DNA of 21,298 nt from an uncultured virus (IMG/VR IMGVR_UViG_3300047157_000146) (Duplodnaviria; Heunggongvirae; Uroviricota; Caudoviricetes): IMG/VR virus record IMGVR_UViG_3300047157_000146; one strand, given 5' to 3'. The translations under genes were made by a program, and so were the position numbers. This document shows positions 8,543 through 15,033 of the stretch, piece by piece; the stretch's first letter is position 1, and every line of letters starts with the position of its first letter. The notes below the pieces were generated by a model. It did not search any database, was not told the DNA's origin, and was given only the letters and a program-made list of their open reading frames with translations.

Positions 8543-8757
8543 TCAATCACCGCCATAATATCTTCAATCTTAACAATAGTAAATTCATTGTAAGTGAAAT
8601 GTCTATTTTCTGCGTTGTAGATTGCCTTCTTTCCAATGAGGCTACCATCCTTTTGACAGTCATGTACCAATGCAATGTTGTCATTGATAGAAACAATGCC
8701 ACTCTCGCTAAGAACTTCTTCCGTTTTCAGTATTACCCATTCTCCAATTGCTCTCAT
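8539..8757 (-). CDS. groES: Co-chaperonin GroES-like protein
   Basis: MRAIGEWVILKTEEVLSESGIV...GKKAIY...FTIVKIEDIMAVIE parallels the GroES pattern (PLxDRVIVK, mobile-loop GGI, C-terminal DILAIVE). It is upstream of groEL. Alternative start 8793. Confidence 0.8.
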   Translation of the reverse strand: MRAIGEWVILKTEEVLSESGIVSINDNIALVHDCQKDGSLIGKKAIYNAENRHFTYNEFTIVKIEDIMAVIE

Positions 8758-8794
8758 AATTATCTCATCTCCTTTCAGTATATAATCCACCATA

Positions 8795-9013
8795 TTAAGT
8801 GGTCAATCCGTTGTCTGCATCCATTTCTAATTGGAATTCCCAAGCGTGGTAGGAGGCATGTCCTGCTAAGAACCCGCCAGCCTCTCTAATAATTCCCGTA
8901 AATGATGAGCCGCATACATTACAAAAGACAGTGACTATTCTTTCATCTATGTAATGCCCATTCTCTGTTATTACTTCCACTATCTTTCCTATGTCTTCTT
9001 TTTTGTATTTCAT
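8795..9013 (-). CDS. Small putative zinc-finger protein (CxxC...HxxxH)
   Basis: FCNVCGSSF...LAGHASYH, with an ATGA overlap upstream. Confidence 0.6.
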   Translation of the reverse strand: MKYKKEDIGKIVEVITENGHYIDERIVTVFCNVCGSSFTGIIREAGGFLAGHASYHAWEFQLEMDADNGLTT

Positions 9014-9597
9014 CTAAACCATCCCGCATTTTTCTTTTTAATGTATATGTGGTTTTCCGGCCACCATTCCGGTCTTCTATTCTTTTTCCAAGTGGCGAAG
9101 TCCCACTTACCCTGTAGGTAATAGTGGCGATAGGACTTGATAACAAAGTCCCAACTGTGTCTTTCCTTTGGTAGTCTATAAATATCTGCCATAGCAATAG
9201 ATACAGGAGTCAAGTCTTCCTCTTCATAAGAGAAAGTGAAACTGTCGCCAATTCTTTTTTCTGTACCGTGAATCTTACCATACCTAAATGTGTATTCTTT
9301 ACATAGAGCAATGGCATGATTGTATAGCCACATGTAATTCGCTTTGTTTTGTCTAGCCCAAATAGTGCTAGGATGATTCAACATAGCAGGTTTCATTAGA
9401 TAGTTGAAGTGAGATTCTTTGTGGAACTCTTTCAGTTCTCTCAAGGAAGGTTCTCTCCCGTGACATTCCCAAAACAAAAAGTAAAGGCAATTTGTATGTA
9501 GCATTTGACAACTCTCGGTTGGCATTTTTACTACATGCTTATCTAACATTTGTTGCGCTGATAGTACTGGGTCTTTGGTCAGTGCAAATATATTCAT
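9010..9597 (-). CDS. Pyrimidine-dimer DNA glycosylase / DenV-like family protein
   Basis: MNIF...DKHVVKMPTESCQML...NHPSTIWAR...NYMWL...LCKEYTFRYGKIH...SYRHYY is typical of this marine-phage family. Confidence 0.75.
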   Translation of the reverse strand: MNIFALTKDPVLSAQQMLDKHVVKMPTESCQMLHTNCLYFLFWECHGREPSLRELKEFHKESHFNYLMKPAMLNHPSTIWARQNKANYMWLYNHAIALCKEYTFRYGKIHGTEKRIGDSFTFSYEEEDLTPVSIAMADIYRLPKERHSWDFVIKSYRHYYLQGKWDFATWKKNRRPEWWPENHIYIKKKNAGWFR

Positions 9598-9902
9598 TCT
9601 TCATTCCTCCATTGTTCTTCTGTGTAGTCTTCATCAAAATCATGCAAGTGCTTGTAAGTAGTGCCGTTATTCTTAGTGACTTCCATCATGTCCTTTGCGA
9701 ACTTGCAGCCAAGTTTTCTGTCTTCTTGATACAGCCGTATGAAAGTGAGTACACCCTCGTAAGACCCCCACTTACTATCCATTCTTTCAATGTGATATTT
9801 TAGGTCGGCGGCAGAAACATAACCCTCTTCGACACCATCAATGAGCATTCGATGATTGAGATAACCAAGCAGGTATTCAATGCCGTCGTCGCTCATAGTC
9901 AT
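9594..9902 (-). CDS. Hypothetical protein
   Basis: 102-aa ORF, tightly packed, with an acidic tail. Confidence 0.6.
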   Translation of the reverse strand: MTMSDDGIEYLLGYLNHRMLIDGVEEGYVSAADLKYHIERMDSKWGSYEGVLTFIRLYQEDRKLGCKFAKDMMEVTKNNGTTYKHLHDFDEDYTEEQWRNEE

Positions 9903-10217
9903 TCAAATCAACTCCTTGAGTATGTTCCAAGATGAATTGTAAATACGATGATTGGTATAAGAACTCATGGCGTCAAGTGCTTGTTGAATGCCTTCACGCA
10001 ATCGCTCGACTTCTGCGAGGGCTTCAATGTACTTCTTCAAAATCTCATTGTCTCCTTTAACTGCTTCGGCCAGTGTATCGTTTTCTTCACGCAACCGCTT
10101 GACTTCTTCAAGGAGAAGTGGTGCGTCTGCTATGAGTAATTTATTTGCCTCGTTAGCCATATTTACTTTCGTGCCTTCCCAATTATCATGTCCTTCGTAT
10201 TTGTCTGTGTCAATCAT
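9903..10217 (-). CDS. Hypothetical coiled-coil protein (MIDTDKYEGH family, copy 1)
   Basis: Shares MIDTDKYEGH and DAPLLLxEVKRL with the adjacent ORF. It has an internal second LAEVERLRE. Confidence 0.65.
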   Translation of the reverse strand: MIDTDKYEGHDNWEGTKVNMANEANKLLIADAPLLLEEVKRLREENDTLAEAVKGDNEILKKYIEALAEVERLREGIQQALDAMSSYTNHRIYNSSWNILKELI

Positions 10218-10560
10218 TCAATCATCTCCTCTTGCTTCATCATTACATATTCATAGACGCTACCCATGTAGCCTTGTGATACTGAATCAAGCCATTCTTG
10301 ATAGGTGTCATTATCCTCTTCAGAATCCTTTGGAGAGAAGTCAGCAATAATGTCCCGCAGTTCTTTGTGTTCTTGTTCATACATCTGCAACCGCTTGACT
10401 TCTGCGAGCAGTAGTGGTGCGTCATGCAATAGTTCGGAGGTAGCCTCATATTGTTCAGTCGTTTCAGCGTTCTTTAGCATCCACTTAGACCAACACCAAG
10501 GTAGTCTTTCGTCTGCTCCGCTTGCTAAGTGTCCTTCGTATTTGTCTGTGTCAATCATTC
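10189..10560. repeat. 31-bp perfect direct repeat (10189-10219 and 10530-10560) plus a 17-bp repeat (10091-10107 and 10387-10403)
   Basis: TGTCCTTCGTATTTGTCTGTGTCAATCATTC occurs twice. GCAACCGCTTGACTTCT occurs twice, with a diverged third copy near 9997-10013. Confidence 0.9.
10214..10558 (-). CDS. Hypothetical protein (MIDTDKYEGH family, copy 2)
   Basis: The first 10 aa are identical to 9903..10217, and it contains HDAPLLLAEVKRL. Confidence 0.65.
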   Translation of the reverse strand: MIDTDKYEGHLASGADERLPWCWSKWMLKNAETTEQYEATSELLHDAPLLLAEVKRLQMYEQEHKELRDIIADFSPKDSEEDNDTYQEWLDSVSQGYMGSVYEYVMMKQEEMIE

Positions 10561-10779
10561 TTTATTCCCCCACATTTCATTTTCTTCTTGCCAATCCATA
10601 CCTTCGGTCATCTTGAGGTATCTTGTTTTGTATAGGTCTAATTCCTTACGCAACCACTTAACTTGTGCTAATGTGTTTTCATATTCTACAAATATGAACA
10701 TTTGAAAAGAACCCATTGGTTCCCCTGCTACCTGCCATTGTTCATACAATATTTCGTACCTTTCATCAATGTCAGTCAT
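10555..10779 (-). CDS. Hypothetical protein
   Basis: ATGA overlaps on both sides. Contains LAQVKWLRKE, similar to the neighbours' motif. Confidence 0.6.
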   Translation of the reverse strand: MTDIDERYEILYEQWQVAGEPMGSFQMFIFVEYENTLAQVKWLRKELDLYKTRYLKMTEGMDWQEENEMWGNKE

Positions 10780-11372
10780 TCTTCTTCACCGTCCCAATTC
10801 TTCTCTAGTAGCATTTCATTGATAGTAGTTTTAATTTCAGCAGGTTTGTATTCTCGCTTATGTTGCCTTCTGTCGTAGTCAAAGTTACGATAAATATCAA
10901 GTTGTTTGGGGTGCTTATTATTCCAAATACCATAGTGGCCTATGCCACCTAGAACAATTGCATTGTGCATCAAAGGTTCCCACTTACCAACAGTATTCCA
11001 ATCAGTGCCACTAAAATAAGCCGCACCAAACGGATGAGTATGAATCCAACACTTAATCGGTAGAGTCATTCCAACAGGGTCAACCTTGAAGGAAACAAAT
11101 CCAGCAGTACCAAAAGAAATGTGTAGATTATCTTTACCATCTACTACAACCTGTACTTCTAATCCATTAAGGATTTCAGTAGATGCTTTCCAAATAGCCT
11201 CGGTGAACTTTCTGTCTGACCAAACACCATCGAAATTATCTCTAATTAGTTTCTCTATTAGACCTTGACAGTGTGCTTCGTGGTCTGCTTCTGCTTCACC
11301 CCATTCATGTCTATCGTCGTCTTCTCCGTGTACCTTAATTTGCCATTTATGCCATTCTCCGCCTTTACTCAT
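10776..11372 (-). CDS. JAB/JAMM (MPN+) metalloprotease
   Basis: Complete JAMM signature H111-T-H113-x7-S121-x2-D124 (WIHTHPFGAAYFSGTDW), with a candidate upstream catalytic E72 (GLEVQVVVD). Confidence 0.85.
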   Translation of the reverse strand: MSKGGEWHKWQIKVHGEDDDRHEWGEAEADHEAHCQGLIEKLIRDNFDGVWSDRKFTEAIWKASTEILNGLEVQVVVDGKDNLHISFGTAGFVSFKVDPVGMTLPIKCWIHTHPFGAAYFSGTDWNTVGKWEPLMHNAIVLGGIGHYGIWNNKHPKQLDIYRNFDYDRRQHKREYKPAEIKTTINEMLLEKNWDGEEE

Positions 11373-11641
11373 TCCTCTTCCCCCTTGATTTTCATTAGTT
11401 GGTGGTTGACCGCCGCTTGTGTGTATAGTATTTTTTGTATTTCATACTCCTTTTTATCTAGAGTTTGACTAGTGAGACAGAATATTCTAAATCTGACCAC
11501 ATAATCATTACAAGAATCACAACAACGACCTTCTTCCAAAGGTTCGGCATTGTGTCCTTCACTCCAATACATAACTTCCTCTCCTTCAAGATTAGTCATA
11601 TACTTCTTATCTATATTACCACGACAAATACAGCACTTCAT
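11369..11641 (-). CDS. Small Cys-rich zinc-finger protein
   Basis: MKCCICRG...GHNAEPLEEGRCCDSCN, coupled by ATGA overlaps between E1 and JAB. Confidence 0.7.
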   Translation of the reverse strand: MKCCICRGNIDKKYMTNLEGEEVMYWSEGHNAEPLEEGRCCDSCNDYVVRFRIFCLTSQTLDKKEYEIQKILYTQAAVNHQLMKIKGEEE

Positions 11642-12231
11642 ACATTCACCACCATAAACGGATTAACGCTCTCTCCAGCAAACCATCGTTGCATCCACTG
11701 TGCCCCAATGCTAGCAATTACAGCGTGCATGAAGTGAATGCCTTCTTTACTACCATCCCAAGAATCTCCTTGACATGAGAAGGAACCATCCGGACCTGCT
11801 AGTAGCGTATCATAGGAAGAAGGTTCTGCTTGATAAGAAACAAGTGCCGCATTCCTTCCTTGAGAGCGAAGGTCTAGCCACTTTACTCCTTCTACATTTG
11901 CCTTGTATAACATTCGCCGTGTGTTCAAATTATCAACACAACAAACCACTAGGTCATATCCCTTCAATTGGTCATCAACTAGGATTGGATATTTATTTCC
12001 AATCTTTACTTGTTCATAGTTCATCTTCATAACTAACGCTTTGTTCTTTCCAACATCATCTGTGGTAAAGCGTTGGTATGTCACATTCTTTTCTTCTACA
12101 GTGTCGGGGTCGCTTACGGTAATCTCATAGAGTTCTCGCTCATAACTTCCATTCCCTGTTAGGTTGTCTAAAGTGTTAATGAGATAACTCCCAATTCCAC
12201 CGGCTCCAATTATTAGTATTTTTCTAGGCAT
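11638..12231 (-). CDS. ThiF/MoeB/E1-family ubiquitin-like activating enzyme (minimal)
   Basis: KILIIGAGGIGS nucleotide-binding loop, DPDTVEEKNVTYQ, VGKNKA, YDLVVCCVDNLNTRR, WLD. Candidate catalytic C153 in GSFSCQ. Confidence 0.9.
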   Translation of the reverse strand: MPRKILIIGAGGIGSYLINTLDNLTGNGSYERELYEITVSDPDTVEEKNVTYQRFTTDDVGKNKALVMKMNYEQVKIGNKYPILVDDQLKGYDLVVCCVDNLNTRRMLYKANVEGVKWLDLRSQGRNAALVSYQAEPSSYDTLLAGPDGSFSCQGDSWDGSKEGIHFMHAVIASIGAQWMQRWFAGESVNPFMVVNV

Positions 12232-13073
12232 TCTATTCCCTTTCCTTTTATTTGTTTTTTATCGGTATTAATTATTTTTAGAAGTCTTTTAACTTCTTGA
12301 CCAATGGCTTCATACCGAATACCACTAACCTGTCCAATCGTTTTATTTGTTATTTTTAAGTTCTCCATAATAGCCGCTATAGAACAATATGCGGCTGGAG
12401 TACTCGGTTTTGCGTTGTTATCAGTCTTCGATAATATATTATCAAAGTAAGTAGATAAGTGAGAAACCTTCCCAACAAAGGAAGGAAATTCATCTCCTAT
12501 TAACATAGCATACTTTTCAGCAAAGATTCTAGATTCTTTTCTTAAAAAGACTGAAGTGTTGTTTTCTTCTTTGGCAATCTTTCTTGCCAATTTGAATACC
12601 TGCTTCTTATTGCATTCGTATTCATGGCATACTTCCTTTAGTGTAAAGGGGAGACTATCGCTTCTTAGGCAATAGTAGACTAGTGCCGCCGCTCTTGTTT
12701 CGAGAGGAGATGTAGAGAAAACATGTTTTCTATAGAGTGACAAATAGAGTTCTTCTACATTAGTGAAAACTACAGAAGTCCTTGGTATCTTTAGTGAAGA
12801 CATTAGTAATCTGCACATAGACACTCCCTTATACACTGCTTTATTTTCAATTTTAGTAAAGGATAATGAGTTAGGTTTTATGGTCTGTAAACCCATCTCA
12901 TGTAAGTTTGTTGACCAGCGTTCTCGTATAATAGAGCCTTGATTATCTTGTAGGTATGTACCCTTTTCAAAAGGTTCTGTAACCATAACAAGACCGCAGT
13001 CTATACAAACTAATTCTCCCAAACCTTCATCGAAATTAAACTTCTTCGATTGGCATTCTAAACATATCATCAT
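12213..13073 (-). CDS. tfb: Transcription initiation factor TFB/TFIIB homolog
   Basis: N-terminal Zn ribbon CLECQS...GELVCIDCGLVM, then cyclin-fold repeats (AAALVYYCLR...PFTLKEV; KPSTPAAYCSIAA...ITNKTIGQVSGI). The start is one of several ATGs at 13070-13082. Confidence 0.9.
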   Translation of the reverse strand: MMICLECQSKKFNFDEGLGELVCIDCGLVMVTEPFEKGTYLQDNQGSIIRERWSTNLHEMGLQTIKPNSLSFTKIENKAVYKGVSMCRLLMSSLKIPRTSVVFTNVEELYLSLYRKHVFSTSPLETRAAALVYYCLRSDSLPFTLKEVCHEYECNKKQVFKLARKIAKEENNTSVFLRKESRIFAEKYAMLIGDEFPSFVGKVSHLSTYFDNILSKTDNNAKPSTPAAYCSIAAIMENLKITNKTIGQVSGIRYEAIGQEVKRLLKIINTDKKQIKGKGIECLEKY

Positions 13074-14322
13074 CATCACCATTATTTTCGTAAGCAGGAG
13101 AAAACAGTTTTTCTGTCATTTTGTCATTTTTAATTCTAGGTTTTTTCGCTAGCATATAAGTACCTAGCGTGCTTACTCTACCCACTGTCATTGAATCGTT
13201 TAGCAGCGAAAGAATCCTAGAAGCAAATTGGTCCCCCAAAGAAGGGTTTGCTCCTCCACTATTAATGCAAATAGAAGACCCCCATTTTGCGGAGGGTTCG
13301 GAACCAATTGCTAAGTGTACTAGCGTTCTAGTTGATACTGCTTGTACTCCTGAATATTTCTGCATGTGCGATTTACGCCCTACCAACAACCAATCTGAAG
13401 CCCTTCCTAGAACTATGATTCTTATTAATTCTTGAGTATCGTTTCTAAAGACTCTTTCTGGGTACTGTTTTAGTAAATCATCAAGTAGTGTCATTGCTCT
13501 TTCCTGTACTAACTTTTCGGAGCGGTTTTGTTCTAAGAAAGCATACATTAAATTCAACTCGGAGGACGAAGGTTCTTTACCAATAAGCCTGTAAAAGAGT
13601 TTAGAAGGACTAAGGAATTTCCAATTACCGTTCTTTTTTCCGTGTCGGTAAAAGCCAATCATAGTCAATAAATTGTTTTTAGATATTTTACCCCATAGAT
13701 TTGAACTAATTTCAATTGCATAGTCTTCTTCAGATATTTGCACAACTTTCAGTCTAACCGAAACAGTTCTTCCTTCTTTTAAGAAAGTATAGGGTAACCT
13801 AGAAACAAGAACATATCTAATATCTTCCGGAGTTAAAATCGCAGAATTAATTATTTTTCTAATTTCTCTACGACCTATGTCTTCTTCTCTTTGTTCTTTA
13901 GAAGAAAGGTCTAGTAAGATTCTGGATAATATGGAGGATATTTTAGACCTAGCCATATTTATTCCATTGATGGAATATGAACTACCCTTTTTACTAACTA
14001 ATACTTCTACTTCTTGTGAACATATTTTGAAAGTAAATACTAAGAACAAATCGTCAGGACTAAGAAACTTCGTTTCTCCATTATGTCGAATATAATAGTG
14101 CTGCGTTCTTCTATTATAAGCAGATTTTAGTATGCTTTTAAAGCCGCTAGTCGTCTGCGAAAGAATAGGGTCTGCCTCGTATAGTTGTGTGTGACTTAGG
14201 CGGATTTCTGAGGGGATTAGATGCTCCGAATGTCCCACCATTCTTCCATCATGTTCAAAGTGAACATGAAATTGCATATTTCCTCCGTAGTCTTTATCTC
14301 TTCTAAAATTTATTTCTCTCAT
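13036..14322 (-). CDS. 428-aa uncharacterised protein; C-terminal region has an E2-like Cys motif (tentative)
   Basis: The long ORF is solid. The segment HLAIGSEPSAKWGSSICINSGGANPSLGDQFASRILSLLND (C352) resembles the E2 core HPN..GxICL...P...I.SLL. The function is inferred only. Confidence 0.5.
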   Translation of the reverse strand: MREINFRRDKDYGGNMQFHVHFEHDGRMVGHSEHLIPSEIRLSHTQLYEADPILSQTTSGFKSILKSAYNRRTQHYYIRHNGETKFLSPDDLFLVFTFKICSQEVEVLVSKKGSSYSINGINMARSKISSILSRILLDLSSKEQREEDIGRREIRKIINSAILTPEDIRYVLVSRLPYTFLKEGRTVSVRLKVVQISEEDYAIEISSNLWGKISKNNLLTMIGFYRHGKKNGNWKFLSPSKLFYRLIGKEPSSSELNLMYAFLEQNRSEKLVQERAMTLLDDLLKQYPERVFRNDTQELIRIIVLGRASDWLLVGRKSHMQKYSGVQAVSTRTLVHLAIGSEPSAKWGSSICINSGGANPSLGDQFASRILSLLNDSMTVGRVSTLGTYMLAKKPRIKNDKMTEKLFSPAYENNGDDDDMFRMPIEEV

Positions 14323-14326
14323 ATAA

Positions 14327-14485
14327 TCACATCATGTATGTTTTTGATTTGTATTGTTTAAGGCATTTATCATGCGCCTCTAGTTTCATGTCTTGTGGTG
14401 TCATTAAAGAGCCACCACATACTCTGCATTTGGTCGCTATTGGGCGACCTCGATTGTTCTTAGTATAGTCGGGGTTTTTACTCAT
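14327..14485 (-). CDS. 52-aa zinc-finger protein (CxxC...HxxC)
   Basis: Below the ORF-track cutoff. MSKNPDYTKNNRGRPIATKCRVCGGSLMTPQDMKLEAHDKCLKQYKSKTYMM* fills the gap and overlaps the end of the upstream gene. Confidence 0.65.
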   Translation of the reverse strand: MSKNPDYTKNNRGRPIATKCRVCGGSLMTPQDMKLEAHDKCLKQYKSKTYMM

Positions 14486-14768
14486 CTTCGTTCATCTCCG
14501 TATATCCAATAATAAATCGTTTTTCGACTACCTTTCTTTCTAGGTAGGCGTGGAACCCTATGTCAACTGCGATATTGTTATTCCATAGGGCCTGTTTTAG
14601 TCTAGAGACAACCATGTAGCATTTGCCTTTATTGTCTCTTCCGCTCGTTTCTTCATAGCGGATTCTTTCGACTACTCTTCTGTAGTCGGGGTGACTCTCT
14701 TCCAAGAAATCGTCAAGAATAAGAACAGCGAGTTTCTTACACTCATCGAAGTCTCGGAAGAGAGCCAT
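14478..14768 (-). CDS. Hypothetical protein
   Basis: 96-aa ORF directly downstream of the Ubl gene. Confidence 0.6.
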   Translation of the reverse strand: MALFRDFDECKKLAVLILDDFLEESHPDYRRVVERIRYEETSGRDNKGKCYMVVSRLKQALWNNNIAVDIGFHAYLERKVVEKRFIIGYTEMNEDE

Positions 14769-14813
14769 AGTTTCACTTTTGGGAAAGTTGTAGTTATGGG
14801 AGAGAGGACAACC

Positions 14814-15020
14814 TCAAAGAGAACCTCCGACAATAGCGGGGGTTAGGTCAATAGATTCCACAGTATCCCAATTGATACTTGAAATGTCTTGACGGCTAAT
14901 CATCTCTCCATCGACAAAAATCCAGTGTGTAGGATGGTTGTCGATTTGTTCAATGACTTCGGAAGAAGCCATCTCAACTTGTGTGTGTCCTGTTTCGTTT
15001 AAAATTCGTAGTGTAATCAT
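14814..15020 (-). CDS. Ubiquitin-like (beta-grasp, ThiS/SAMP-like) protein with C-terminal GG plus an SL extension
   Basis: Start ATG 15020 after AGGTGA; 68 aa: MITLRILNETGHTQVEM...WIFVDGEMI...W...ESIDLTPAIVGG-SL. The ending fits the ThiS/MoaD/SAMP terminal pattern. Confidence 0.8.
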   Translation of the reverse strand: MITLRILNETGHTQVEMASSEVIEQIDNHPTHWIFVDGEMISRQDISSINWDTVESIDLTPAIVGGSL

Positions 15021-15033
15021 AATATCACCTTTC

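Noticed and set aside
10189..10560. 31-bp direct repeat as a CRISPR array or att site
   Set aside because: Only two copies 341 bp apart, both coding for gene starts, with no cas or integrase gene in the window.
11638..15020. ThiF plus ThiS-like genes as thiamine, molybdopterin or tRNA-thiolation biosynthesis
   Set aside because: No thiG, moaE, rhodanese, cysteine desulfurase or tRNA thiolase in the window, and the JAB and E2-like neighbours favour conjugation. It is disfavoured rather than excluded, since host enzymes could supply these functions.
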